Of a DNA stretch of 64,000 bases, positions 1 through 13,910 are shown one piece after another. This DNA comes from Ptychomitrium polyphyllum. Taxonomy: Eukaryota. The translations under genes were made by a program, and so were the position numbers. The notes beneath the pieces were generated by a model. The model ran no database searches, was not told the origin of the DNA, and worked only from the letters and a program-made list of their open reading frames with translations. How positions within the stretch are numbered: the first letter of the stretch is position 1; every line of letters begins with the position of its first letter. The stretch covers positions 2,170,001-2,234,000 of the forward strand of contig OZ316775.1 of NCBI GenBank assembly GCA_973851085.1, written 5' to 3'.

Positions 1-2524
1 ATAACTATAATAATAAAAAACTACCAAGTTTTGTAAAGTAAAAAAATTTGATCAAAATTTATAAAAATAAAATTTTACAAAATCATCAAAATCAAAGTTA
101 ATAGACATATAACACGATTTATTAATAAAATATTCCAAAAGCACAAAATCAAACCAATAATATTTTAATTTAGTTTTTAATCAACTCATTTTAATATATT
201 TAAAGTAAAAGAAGAACAAACAATAATGAAGATTTAAGTAAATTTTATAAATTTGATTTTTTATGGTTTTATTTTTATAAGTCCAATTAATATATATCAT
301 TCATGCTAGATTCTTACGAAACTTTGCAATTTTTAGGATTCTATATATAATACAAAAAAGAAAGTTTATTGTTGCATCTTTGTTTTATTTGCACATATCA
401 ATTGAGATTTCATTTAAGACTTCACTTGAAACTTCACTCTTAAGATATAAAGGTGCTTTAAAAAAATACTACAATATTAAAAATATTTCATAAATTCTTA
501 GTATTTTTGTTGATTACCTTATTATTATCATAGTATTAAAATAAAATCTTGCACTACCAAGCATAAGTTTCGTAAAACTTAATTATTATGTATTTTAAAT
601 CTAAATGGCTCCTATTCAATTTAATTGAACTTCCTCGAGAATTAATGTTTTAAAATGGATTTTAAAGGACTGGAATAAATTCTTATGATGTCAATTTTGA
701 ATGTATTAGTTTTATGGGATTATGGTTTCTTTTATTAAATATCGAAACATAAAAATTGTATTCTTTTGAATATATATTTTTCAATGTTGGTTACGTTAGA
801 TGATCTTGCTACATCCTTTTACTACCTCTAAGACTTGGTGCACAAGTAATTCTCACAATCTTTTTCCAAAAGTGTTTTAAAAAACAGCTTTATTAAATGT
901 AAAAAATTCACTTTAAGAGGAATCATGTGATAAACAATATTGGATAGGGTGCAAAAAACTAAGATAGAGATTGAAAAGGTTTAATTGTCTATTTGTTTTT
1001 GGATTGAATTGATTGGAAGATTATAGATTCGAATGTTGTAATCTTCGAATCCTTGCTGTCAACTTGACTGTAAGCAATAAACGATCTACAATTGAAGGTT
1101 GAATTGAAGGTTGGAAAGATTCCTCTCTATTTATTATTTCTTCTGAAACACAATCAACAAATTTTAGGGGTCAATGAACACTTCTCTTCCCACAGAGTTA
1201 TCTCCTTTCAAATGCCAACTAGGTCGAAAAGAAATACATCAAACATTTCTCTCCACAAGATCATACGGTCTGTACCACCGTGGATGCAAGAAATTAGGTT
1301 TCCCAACACTTTGCAGTGCACAAGAGTTCCTCAACTCGCTAACACCCCAGCCCGTTTCAAATACCGCGTTGCGTGTGCACAAACATAGTTGACGTAGGCC
1401 ACTCCATCTCCACGGGAACAGTGTGCACCAAGTTAACCACATCTTGGCAAGCATTCGACCAGGATACACAGTCCTGTACACCTAACACTCCTCAACGCAA
1501 CGTGCACCTACACTTGGAGCCTCGACAGGCTTTATTCCAACGTAGCACTCTCGTGTCCATTGTTGTCCAGATACCCGCCCCAGTGACACTCGGGAACCAC
1601 ACCAGTATCACACCCGAGTGTCACACGAGTATCAATCGAAAAGTGGACAAAGCAGACTCCGGACTCGTGCACCTGCGCGTGATGAGAAACCGTGTTTGAA
1701 ATCACGGTGTGTGGGTCGATGTTTCACACAGCTGCTGTAAGGTCCCACAAGCCGGCAGTGTAACCACACATGAGTGCTTGATCTCACCGATGACGGGATA
1801 CGTGTAGGCTCATAGCTTAACTACGTCGTAGAACGTAAGGCTGGGTAGAGTCAGGTGGAAAGGAAAAATTAATCCGAATTCGATTAGCATTAATCTTCGC
1901 AGTCTGGGAAGTCGTACCCGGCGGTGGGAAGCCACCCGGTGGAACTGGAGAGGCGGCAACAGCCGGCTCCAACGTCTCTCTGAACTGCTCAGAAGCTTCG
2001 TAGTCGTCGCAACATAGTTCCTCATGCACATAGCCAAGGCCGCGACTTAGCCGTCCTGATATATATCCATGTTAACTTTCTTAAACCTTCACTGCAGAAG
2101 CTCCTAGCTTGAGTTAGCGCACTTGTCACAGCACATCTGTTTGTGGGTCCCTGTTTTGTGAGTCTTTGTTTCTGGTATTAATCTTTTGGTTATCACCGTT
2201 AAGTGATCAGATTGGGGGTGGTGGAGTTGCCTTAGTCTTGTGAAGTTTGGGTAGTTGGTTCCGTTTCTGTTCATGTTACTGAAGAAGTCGTCGAGCAAGG
2301 TATCATCTTGGAGGTCAGGACGTGCAGTTGGTGCTTCATATCGCGTTTCTTACGGTGAGGCGAAGTTCTGTATGTGGAGCTGTTGTTGATGGTTCTTTGT
2401 CATGTGAGCTGCATTTGGTATGCGGTTGCTTTTGCACCGGTGCCCTGATTTTTCAGTGTTGAATTGTTTTTCAGCTGCGTGAAGAGTTGCTTGAAGAGCA
2501 GGGAGGTGCTAAGAAAAGGAGAGC

Positions 2525-4102
2525 ATGGAGCTGTGTGCGCTTGGGCTTCCGCAACGTCCGTGTAGAGTTTGTGCCCACACTATGGTCACCATCGGCGTCT
2601 TGTGCTTCTTGCTCAGCAGTTGGATTACTGGTGCAAGTAAGTGAAGATTTTCCTGTTCTTCATGATTGTCGGTGCTGCGGTTGTATGAGGATTTGGCTAT
2701 GGAAGCGGGGCTTGGGCTTCTCGAATCACCCTGTTTCTTGAGGTGTATTACGGATGAGGCCGTGCTGAAAGATGGGCTCTCGCTTTATCTTATTGCAACG
2801 TCATGACCTCCGTTGCGTGAAAGAGTGACATGGTTCATGATATCCTGTATCATAAAAGCTGCGCAATAAAACTATTCAAAGGGTTTGCGGCGGGGTTTTT
2901 CGGTACCCTGTTCCGCTATAGAGTTTACAGGTTACTTGTGGTTTTGTGCAGCTAGGTTTTAATCGTCTGGGTGGGAAAGTGTCCAAGTTGCGTCTCAATT
3001 GTCAGCTTTGAGGTGTAGTACAGATTGCATTGAATCGGAACGTTGTTTGTTACCATCTGGATTCTCTCTGTTCACTCTGAAGGATGCTGACTCAATAGCA
3101 CGATTGTGTGCAGGTGTAGCAACCATAGGGATTGGCTATGGTACGAGTGGAGATAACCTTCCACCTACGGATCAAGTGGTGCAATTTCTGAAGACTCTCA
3201 ACGTCAGCAAGGTGAAAATCTATAACACCGACGCGAATGTTATTCGGGCGTTTGCGAACTCAGGAATGGATCTCTCCATCACAGTGCCCAACGGAGACAT
3301 CGTCCACATGGCGACGGACATGACGTTCACTCAGAACTGGGTCATCTACAACTTACAACCCTTTGTTCCGGCCACCACCATCACCACCATTGCTGTGGGA
3401 AACGAGATCCTTACTAGCGACACAGCTGATACCCTAAACCTTGTCCCTGCAATGCAGAACCTTCATTCTGCATTGGTAACAGCTGGGCTTGACGCAACCA
3501 TCAAAGTCTCCACCCCTCACGCTTTCAGTGTGTTGAACACATCATTTCCCCCGTCTGCAGGAGTGTTTCGTCCCTCTTTTGCAACGTCGGTGATGAAGCC
3601 CCTCCTGGATTTCCTAAATCAGACAGGCGCTCCCTTCATGGTGAACATTTTTCCTTACTTCAGCTACACGTTCAACTACAACACGATCAACCTCGACTAC
3701 GCCCTGCTCAACCTTAATGCACCTGCAGTAACCGACAACAGCACTGGCAAAGTGTACACCAACCTTTGGGATGCGCAGATTGATGCTATTGTTTCAGCTA
3801 TGGTTGCATTGGGTCACAATGACATACCGATCGTGGTGACTGAATCTGGGTGGCCTTCTCTTGGTGATTCTACTCAGGTTGGTCCCAGCATGGCTAATGC
3901 TCAAACCTATAACAACAACCTGGTGAAGCTTGTGCTTGCAGATCCCCCTAAGGGCACTCCTTTGAGGCCCGGAGTTGCAACTCCAACGTATGTCTTTTCT
4001 CTCTTCAATGAGAATCTGAAAACTGGGAAAATCACTGAGAAGAACTGGGGTTTGTATTACCCCGACATGTCTCCTGTCTACTCTATGAGCTTGTCAACTT
4101 GA
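2525..4102 (+). CDS. Glucan endo-1,3-beta-glucosidase (GH17), secreted, no X8/GPI tail
   Basis: Exon 1 2525-2636 (second in-frame ATG at 2582, hydrophobic MVTIGVLCFLLSSWITGA, donor a|gtaagt). Exon 2 3114-4102 (acceptor tgcag). GH17 motifs IGIGYG, IAVGNE, VVTESGWPS, LFNENLK, EKNWGLY. The stop follows directly after the catalytic domain. Confidence 0.95.
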
Positions 4103-5906
4103 GCATTTTCCCTTGCAGGACGTTTGTATGTATGCATTTTTGGTAAGCAGGTTGGTAGGTGGACATTGTTCAATAGATTTTTGAGTGCAAAATTTAGCTT
4201 CCGCACAATGCACGACGTGTTCATTGAAAACTGATATCATGGTCATAGCAGGCATTATTATACTGCACACCATGTTTTGACCTGTAAATTTTCCTTGTGC
4301 AAAGCAGGAGCACACTTTACAATATGTACATTCTCATTCACCAGGTTATTTAAAGCGCAGTTTGGGACATTGTGTGGTGTTAGCTCGCCCCAAAGAATGT
4401 TTCATTTTTGAATGGTGTTTTTGTGGAGGATTTTCTTTGTGTATAAGTTATGCACCTCTGATGTCGATTTCAAGAGTCTGGATCGAATGCGATTAGTATC
4501 TGAATCATATTTAGGAGTTTTTAAGGTGCCAGTGGAGTCGTCCCGTACATAGTAGTGAAACTAACCACATGCCACATGTGGAGTAATTTAAAATGGTTTA
4601 AGTAAATAAATACGCCAAGACCTTAGGAGTGTTCTTAGTTTTTAAAGACTGTTCCAAGCCCGCTATTATCGCGCTTGTGTGCGATTTTTGGCTAGTTGAT
4701 ACAGAATCTGTAGAATTTGAGGATGAGTTGGTACCGTGTTCGTCCACGAAACTGGCTCATTTACCAAAGTTGACGTTAGAGCCAGTTTTCGAAGGCCATC
4801 CTTGGTAGAGTGTGGGGCAGTTGCAGTCCGGTATCCTAGCATGTGGAGCTGTGCTGGAATCAAGACTACCTGGTATGAACCTCGATCATTGCAATCATCA
4901 TCGCTTGGGATTGTGATTTGTGAAATTCTTTGCGTTGGGCCGGTGAGATCACTCTTTACTCGAAGGTGTTGTTTTGACTGTTGCCGAGGCCTTACTTACC
5001 TTTGAGCAGTGAATCAGGTAATAGCTAACCTACTTGCACGATAGGTAGATACTGCGCTAAGAGTTCTTAGAGACACTGTTAAATTCTGGCGAGAATTGCG
5101 AACTGTATGCACTCATCTTCGGAAGGGAAAGACTGAAGTTGCCATCATCATGCCCAGAGGATTTACCTTCTTTTCAAGGGGCTTGTTGGCACACTAGGCC
5201 GAGTCCGAGTCCATTGTTCACAGAAATCATCAACACTCTGACCTACTCAAGTTCGTGGTAAGATGGGTATGACCGTACTTCAAAACCGAGATGAGTCCTT
5301 CCAAAGTCTTGCGATTTGTATTATCAGTCCTGCTTATGTAGGTCCCTCAAGCAAGGTTGTCCAACTTGACGTAATGAGGGGTTTGCTTGTCATGCCACCT
5401 GGTCGTCATGACGGGCGAGACGTCACGTCCGTTGGACTTGACTAGGTTGACGTGCATTGTAGAAATTTCATCCAATGTACCCGAGTATATCCAAACCTAC
5501 CCACATACCTTAGGGTTGTTCCAAAAAAATTCTAACACAAAGGATGACGTCGGAGATGCGCGATGGATGTGGCGAATCGGCAGGAAACAACAAGTCCTAA
5601 GATAGAATGTTCCCAATAGGTTGGTAACGAGATCTCTCAGATTATAGCATTTGATTTTAAACAGGGCATACAATATCCTTAGACAATCTGGAAACTACGA
5701 GCTATAGGTTGTCGACAGTAACTTTTACAGGGGTCATAATGTGGAGGTTATTGAGTGTAAAAATGTGAGTTTGAGAGCTCCGTTTTTTGTTTGATGCTTG
5801 GATGTTCTGAAGAAATCTGTGGATCTTTTCTGTGGAGGAAAGTCCTGACTCGTAATAGACACAGATCATCAAACCGTCGATTCTCGTGGGTTTAATCAGT
5901 GTTACA

Positions 5907-6201
5907 AGATCACTGAGAAGAACTGAGGTTTGGAACAATATTACCCCAACATGTCTCCATGAACATTTTCCTTTCATTTTGTTCATATACTTTTTGTACA
6001 CTGGTTGACAGCTGGTGGATACTAGTCAATGAATTTTTGAGTAGAATCAGCTTCCACAAAATGCAGGATGTGTGACTTGAGAGTTGATATTCCAGTCATA
6101 GTAGGCATTATGATGCTGCACACCATGTTTTTGTCTGTATGTTAGCCATGTGCAGTTCAAAAAAGCAATTTACAGATCATATGTACATTCTCATCCATCA
6201 G
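5907..6201 (+). pseudogene. Degenerate direct copy of the GH17 gene 3' end and 3'UTR
   Basis: atcactgagaagaactgaggtt..ttaccccaacatgtctcc matches 4031-4074 (TGG>TGA). Further collinear blocks ggcatta..tgcacaccatgtttt and atatgtacattctcat match about 4250-4338. Confidence 0.8.
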
Positions 6202-8376
6202 TGTAGAGCAATGAATGTCTGATGTTGGTTTTTACTGGCGGTTTTTTTTAAAATTCACTGCTTCACCTAACTTCTCGAATGGATCATGCTTGGGTGTAAA
6301 GTCATGTGTTTCTGATGTGCTTAAACCATAAAGTTGGATCCATTTAAGCTTAAAAGCTGATTTGAATAAATTAAGATTCTACCAGGTGACCAGGTAACGA
6401 AGAATGCTTACTGCTTGAGAACCTAGAAGCCTGTTTTGAGGAGCATGCAGCCTAGTACCTATTTGCTTTGTATCATAAATGGAGGTAAATGAAATCCTTC
6501 CTGATACCATTTTGAGAATGTAGGGGAGTGAAAGAGCAACATGCAGCTACTTGAAGACTAGCTCAGACTTGAAGAGCTGACAACAGTGCCAGCAGGTAGA
6601 AACATGCCACAAGTTGAAAATAGATTCACTTTGTCACATGGGGCTATCACATGGCCAAAGAATGGGAAAAGACTGCAGATGAACTTGAAACAAGCCAACT
6701 CATTGCTGGTGTCGTTTGTATTTATGTTGTGAAAGAATATATATATGTATGTATGTTATGCTTGCACCCTGGATAAGGTGAAGCGTCATACCTCTTAGTT
6801 ACTGATCCAAATAATCCAATACTTGTTAATACCTACACTTAATCAAAATTTCAATTAAAATTCAAATTTACTAAAATACCTATTAAACCTAAACACTTAA
6901 AGTGTGTGGGCTTGGTTAAAGCTTTGGTTAATACTTCTAAGATCATTCCTTCTAAACGAAAAAATAATATTTGAATGTCACTCTGTTTAATTCTCTTACA
7001 AAAATAATGATGTCTTTTGTCTATGTGTTTAGACCTATTATAATATCTAGGTTATGGTCCCATTTGAATAAATCCAATTTTATTCATTAAATGCTTGGTC
7101 TACATTGCTTCTTTTGTTGGTGATGTATTATTCAACTTCGTTGATGATAAAGCAATGGTTGGTTGATGGTGACATTATTAAAGACAAGGCCACCATTCAA
7201 AGTAATAAGATAACTTAATATTGATTTTTTTGAATTTTTGTCACAAGCCCAATTTGAAACAAATTGAACCTTGAATTTCATATGGATATTTTAAAAATCT
7301 TATTCCATATTTATAAATTATTTTGAAGTCTAAACTTTCTTTAATATATCTCACAATTCATTTAATAATAAATCCATGTATTAAACTATGATATGCTAAA
7401 TTCATAAATCCAACCATTAGAATATGTTAGGTTAAATTTTCTTGTTGTTATAGCATATATAAGGCAATCAATAACATCTAAATATGATATATCTTTTATA
7501 GCTTCAATTTTTTTAAGTTCAAAGTAACTCATTTTTTTAATTAATTATGCTATTATTTTTAAAGGTGATTATTTACAATCAAATATGTTAAATCTTTTAA
7601 AGATCTTTATAAGGTATTTGATTTGAAATATATAAAGAAATTTATCTTTTATATTTCTTTCTATGACCATGAACAAACATCAATATTCATATTTTATTAG
7701 ACCTATATTTGCCATTTCAAAACTTAAAGTAAATTTTTTTTTTAATCTAATTGAAAAAAATATAAGTTATTACTTATTATTATATAAATTGTTCACATAT
7801 AAAGCCAAAATAATGAACGTTTATTGTGCTAATTCTTTTTAAATATAAATGTTGGTTTCCAGAATTCACAAATAAATCCATTTGCAATAAAATATTCATC
7901 AATTGATTCATAACACATGTGTGCAAATTATTTCAATCCATATATGAATTTGAGTAATTTATAAATCATATTTTTAAATTTAAAACTAAAACATTGCTTG
8001 TGTAGCTTAGGCTTATAGAGTTATTAATGAAGTTATTTTAATTACTAGTAAAAAGATTTCATTACAATCAATTCATTTTTTATGAATAAAACTTCAAACT
8101 TCTATTCTAGCTTTGTATCAAATGGTTACACCATATGCATTATCTTATCTCTTTCATATCCATTTGTTAAAATCTATGTGTTTTTTTTCATTCACAAATT
8201 GTATTCTTCATCCAATGCCTTTTTCTATTTTTGAATATCCATCTAATTCAAAGCATTTTAAATAGTGACCGGTGCATTTGGATCTAGCAATGAAGATAAA
8301 TAATGTTCCAAGTATTTTGTATATAAAACATGATCATTATATTTGGTGAGCAATTTACCTTGTATTTTTCTTATTA

Positions 8377-8810
8377 GACATTTGGTATTGATATTGATTG
8401 AGGCTGTGGATGTAGAATATGATATAATACCACTAAAATCATCATCATTTGGAAGAGAAGATTCTAATAAAGGACACTGTTTGCAAGTCTTATTTGAATG
8501 GACTATGTAGTAGATTCTGATCTTGTTGGACATTTGATATTGATTGAGGGTACAAATGTAAAATATAATATGATTGAAAATCATCATCATTTGGAAGTGA
8601 AGATTATAATGAAGGACAGTGTTTGCAAGTCTTATCTGAATGGACTATGTAGTAGATTCTGATCTTGTTGGACATTTGATATTGATTGAGGGTACAAATG
8701 TAGAATATGATATAATATCATTAAAAATCATCATTATTTGGAAGTGAAGATTCTAATGAAGGATATTGATTGCAAGTCTTGTTTGATTGGACTAGGTAGT
8801 TGATTTTGAT
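8377..8810. repeat. About 3 copies of a ~145-bp AT-rich tandem repeat
   Basis: atttggaag(a/t)gaagatt..tgcaagtctt..tggacta recurs at about 8447, 8589 and 8736, and gacatttgatattgattgagggtacaaatgt recurs at about 8529 and 8671. Confidence 0.85.
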
Positions 8811-10734
8811 TTGGTGGTTGAGTCTAAGTATGTTGCTGATATGATAAAGCCTAATTATGCTATTGATGTGGCGGATTTTGCATAAGCTGTTGATGTTATG
8901 GATTTTGATTGGATTATTAAATTAAATTAGTATATAATGAAAAATCATCATTTATTTCTACAAAATTATCATTATATTATTATATCTCTATAAAAGACTA
9001 AGATATTCCAATAAATGTATATAATCTTGGTTTTCAATAGTGGTAATATCTAAAATTCATTTACATCAATAATTTTTTTAAAGATTATTTAATAAATTCA
9101 ACAATATGGTACCTCCTGTTATAACTAATTGAAATAATTTCTTTTAAACAATAACTTGTGTAGTTGTATCAATTTGTTGATAAGTTTCTTTTAACCTATC
9201 ATAAACAACCTTTGATGTTTTAAGCATTTTAATAGCATTAACTTGTTTTTTACAAGAAAATATCATTATGGTAGCATGTGCTTTAACTTCCTTTTGTTTC
9301 CAAATGTATTGAGTTCTAAAGTTCTAAAGTTCTAAAGTTCTAACATCAAGTTTTCTATCTTCCATAATTCCAAAACAATCATTTAAATTTAGAAATAATT
9401 CCATTTCTACAAGTGGTATGAATTATAGTTCTTACTATTTAACTTCTCTTCTAAATATACTTTAGAAGAGGGATGCAATGATGTCTAAGCTGCCATAGTT
9501 AAAAAATTTCTCTCTGGACATAAAACTCAACTCAAACATGGACATCAATCCATGCCTTCCCTTGTTTGAATTTTTCAAAACATTCATGTCTTTCAGTTTA
9601 ATGCTTTGATACCATAGTGAAATTTTTTTTAATTATGTTTACTGTAAAAGTTACAATATTCACATGCATACATATGGTTATGATGCTTCCATTCCTTGAT
9701 AAGAGGAAGCATGGCACCTCCTAATTACTAATAGAGATGATCCAAGTTACTAGTAAATAGGGTGCAGCAAGGCTGGAGGACAACTGTACGTGAAGGCTGG
9801 AAAAAGCACATGTGGGAAATGAATCCGCAAGGCGCAAGCGCACTAAATGCAGCAGCGGAGACCACGGCGTGCCAGCGCGGACTGACAATCGAGGACCAAG
9901 ATGAGGAGCTGCATTGCGAGGCGGCTGTCAGTCGTCCGCAATCACCGCGTCTTCACCGGCGCTGCTCGACCACGTGACACTTCTAACCTGTTTGCCTTTC
10001 ATTTCATCTTTTGTTTCTTTTCGAGGTTGGAGTAAGTGACGCTCTATAACCGTGGAACTCGTCGGTGAATCGGGAAAGTTCGGGGCGAGTTTGCGGTATT
10101 GTTTTTTTAATTAGCAGGAGGAAGCTGCAGGGCGAGGAGAGCTTCTTTGTCAGGCTCATCACGAGGCCTGTAGTGGAAGTGTGGAGCAAGCACTTTCTAT
10201 TTTCTGCTGGAGTTCAGTTAGATCTTTGTCACGCTGAGAGCTTTGTCAAGATGCCATGTTTGTCACGGGGATGGGACGTCTTTTATCGCTGTAACAGAGT
10301 GACTTTGGAGCTTGGTTTCCTATTTGATGTTTCGATGTCTTGTTGAATGTACTTCGTGGATCGTTTCTGTGGAGGGAAGTGTTGGATATGTCTGGCAAGG
10401 TGCGGATCTTCTAGCAATCGTCATGGAGATTGGGGAGGTGATGATTTTTCGATCATCAGCGTTTTCGATTGCGACTTAGGCTCTTATCGTTTAGGGAGGA
10501 GTGGAAGTGTAGAGTTGACGTTTTCATTTTTGGGTGCTTGTTGTTGAGTTGTTTCATTAGAGTTTCGTGTGGCTGGGGGTTGCAGCTGTCTAGACATTCA
10601 AGAGCAATAAGTGCACTTTTTCACAGTAGTCACCCGCTTCTTTGTGAGGACGTGCGTAAGGATCTTATTGTGTTAGCGTTTGGTTTTAGATATTTGTATG
10701 CCCTAGTTCATAGTGCGTCACATTTGTTGGAGAT

Positions 10735-12997
10735 ATGGCGGATTTGTTTAAACAGCGCAGCCACGCAGCTTGGTCCATTAGTAACCAAGTGGACGTTCTT
10801 CGCCCTTCTCTGGACTGTCTTGGAAACTCAAGTGCGAGTAGTTCTTGTTCTGGATCACTTGCGAGTAGTTCTAGTTCATGCTGTTCTAGTTTCCGACATT
10901 CGAACCACCTGCTCGTAGAGAGGAAGGCTTTCCCTCTCCCGCATCCAATGCAATTTGAGAAACTCAGTGCTGCTGCATCGCCGCCTTCGGATCCTACCAA
11001 CGATATTTCTCATCCGATGCGCTCCACCGAAAAAGGGCGACAGAAGCCACGAGTTGAAGACGATTCAGCCAATTCTCATTCCGAGCATCCGTGGACGGCA
11101 ACCATGGAGCAGCCGACCTCAAGCATTCATGTGACCGATAAGCAACCGTCTCCGTTACCTCGCGATTGTCTCGAACAAGCTCGAATTCTGGAACGCTCTT
11201 CCGGAAATTCTGCGGAGAGAGATGTTTTAGGATTTCTGCAAGCACACAATGTAGCCGTGAAGAAGGTGGAGGAGGTGGAGGAGGCCGGTTCGATACTAAA
11301 AGCTTCCAGGAGAGTCGTAGTAGTGTATGATGGGGAAAAGAAATTTACAACCGCAGCTCTGGACTTAGCAATTAAGAGATATGCAACGTCTGAAGGCGAC
11401 GTCATTGTGTTGGTGGTATTCTTGGAACATATCCTGAGCCCAAGTGAGTCACATGGTTTCAGTTCTTGTATATGTTGCACTCGTACTCTGCTGGCCAAGT
11501 TGTCTGATCACATAGTAAGTTTTGGATTGACAAGTTGTCTGGTCACATAGTTTTGTATGGATTTTGTAATGTTTATGGAGCTGCAATGGAGGGAACTAGG
11601 AATAGAAGAGGGTAGGGTCGCTGAATATGCTGATAACGACGTTGTTTTGACAGTGACGGGATTGTATTGCCCTTGCAGTGGGAATGAAGATGGTGGCAAA
11701 TATGAAGCAGTTCAGTGGCGTGAATGACGCAGTTCTCAAACATTGGGTTTCCTCGAAGAAAACGAGAATAGATAGCAAGCTTCGAGAAACATCTCGCTTG
11801 CAATTGTGTCAGACGAAGAAGGTTAACATTTTTCACCTTATACTTTTCTGTAATGACTGATTACGTCAGAATTGCTCAGCTTCTTCCGAAATGTAAATCC
11901 TTTAATTTTTGACATTCGGAATGTTGACGTGTATCAGCTTGGCAGTAAATTATTGTGGCTCTACGTGTATGTATCAGGATCAGTGTTAATGTTTTGGTTT
12001 TGTTTCCGGTTGACGAAGAGTGTGCCGTGCTCACAAGCTGCCCTTTCTTGCGTGTAACCGGGTGTGTTCGTTTGTGAATTCCAGATACATTTGGACGTGA
12101 AGATGCTACCAGGATCCAACTCTAAAGCGTTGGTTGCCAGGGAGATTTTGGCTTTGCAAGCCACAAGTGTAATCTTTGACAAGTAAGCGTGCCTGATATC
12201 TCTTCTTTTCTGATCCACTAGACGTTCCCTTGTTCATAAGATACATTTCTGTTATGATATCATAAATGTTTAACATGGCACAATCCTGTTCTCTGCTTCT
12301 GTTTTCTATGGTAGAATGAATGTCTTCAGAATTGTATTGAACTGCGGGCTAGGCACAAGATAGATGTAAATAGCTCGCCTCAGGTAGAAAATCTAATGTT
12401 GCCTTACGTTACAGGAATGCAATGAAGAACAGAAAATATTATGAGGAGAATCTCTCGTGTCATGTTCTCAGACTTCGCAGTGACCGTCGAAGGGTAGAGA
12501 CGGTTTCTCTATTCGGCCAACGCCTTGAGAAGGCAGGCTCTCTCACGTCACACTGTTCTGAATCTTCCTCCGGCTCTCTGAGCTCTGAGCCGCCCTGCAA
12601 CTCTCCTTCAATATGGTCGAAGCTGAACATTTTCATCTCCAAGAGCAGTACTGGGCAATTCCGCCATAGCCATGTAGGCCATGCCTCCATTGTGAGCAGC
12701 TCAATGAGCAGCTCAGAATCTGGATCTCCAAGACCTGTGCTGCAGGAGGACGATGAAACCACCGTCGCTGAAGAAGCACTTGAAGAAAGCTTTTCATTTG
12801 ACACTCCAAAGCCAGCTTCAGCTGCAACACTTCCAAAGCCAGATGCAGGTGAAGCACTTGAAGAAAGTTTTTCGTTCGATACTCCGAAGTCAAACCCAAC
12901 TCATGAAGCTTATGTGTACGCGGCTGCAGGATTGGATGACTACAGCCTATATACAAGAAGAAATAGAGGAGCATTCTCAACAGCTTTGGTTGCTTAG
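10735..12997 (+). CDS. USP-like (adenine nucleotide alpha-hydrolase-like) domain protein with Ser-rich tails and no kinase domain
   Basis: Phase-consistent exons 10735-11443, 11679-11821, 12085-12182, 12415-12997. Motifs RVVVVYDGEKKFTTAALDLAI..GDVIVLVVFLEHILSPMG and ALQATSVIFDKNAMKNRKYYEENLSCHVLRL resemble the USP-like N-terminal domain of plant cytoplasmic receptor-like kinases. Confidence 0.75.
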
Positions 12998-13910
12998 GAA
13001 GAAGTTCTCCATCATTCCACCACCCAATATGGTGTTTTTTCGCCTTCTTTGGCAAGCAAGCACAGACCGTGTGTGCAATTTGGTTCTGGATTAGTGATTC
13101 TCATGTATCTTATAGCCAAGGGAACCGTTTGTGCGGGGAGCCGCGAGCTTGGGAAGCTCAATTCAATCCCCTGTTGCTTTATTCCTCAGATGCCATTACC
13201 ATCATGTAAATTGATCAATTGTTCATTATAGTACAGCCGATCAGGAGAAAGATCCTCAAACTGTTGACGGATCCTCTATACCAGCAATTCTGCGCTTGTA
13301 TGATAAATAAATGTCCTCGTTGAGTTTGAAATACTGCCTCGCCAGTGGCCTACAATGTGATTATCACCGAATTAGTGGCACTACTCATGGTGAGGAACAA
13401 GATTGCAACATCAGAAACTTTAAATAATGGACTTCATCACCCGTGGTATCTCACATGGGCGTGGCAAATCATTCCAGGTTTACAATTGCCGTAACAAGTT
13501 ATAGCTTTGGCAAATTCAGATTGACACTTCACGAGCTAATCCATGCATAATTCACTGTCAACGAAAGGCCAAGCAGCTCCTTACATTACCTTTGTATTGA
13601 ATACACTTAATAGTAAACTAGAACTTGATTCATGTAAAATCATTACACCACAAACGTGCTGTGAGACATACTTTTCAGCTGATGTAACTTCTTATCTAGA
13701 TGTCACAAGAAGTGGATGTTAATTTAGAAACAGGGCTGCACCATGCGCATGACGAGATGATGACGACCCTTCTCTAAAGGCGTTCCAAAGAGGTGGGATT
13801 AATACAGCACGTGAACATTTGTAAGACTCAATGCCTTGAGCAGATCAATCGATCAAATGTAGAGACGAAAGTAGAGATTCTCGATTTAGCTGGAGAGAAA
13901 GATTTTTTTT

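Noticed and set aside
1810..2037. Short minus-strand ORFs divergent from the glucanase promoter
   Set aside because: No domain or splice support; GC-rich promoter sequence explains the open frames.
4510..5600. Possible MULE/SWIM transposon remnant between the glucanase and its relic copy
   Set aside because: Only a weak CxC-like fragment and ~6-bp terminal matches; no target-site duplication or transposase motif could be confirmed.
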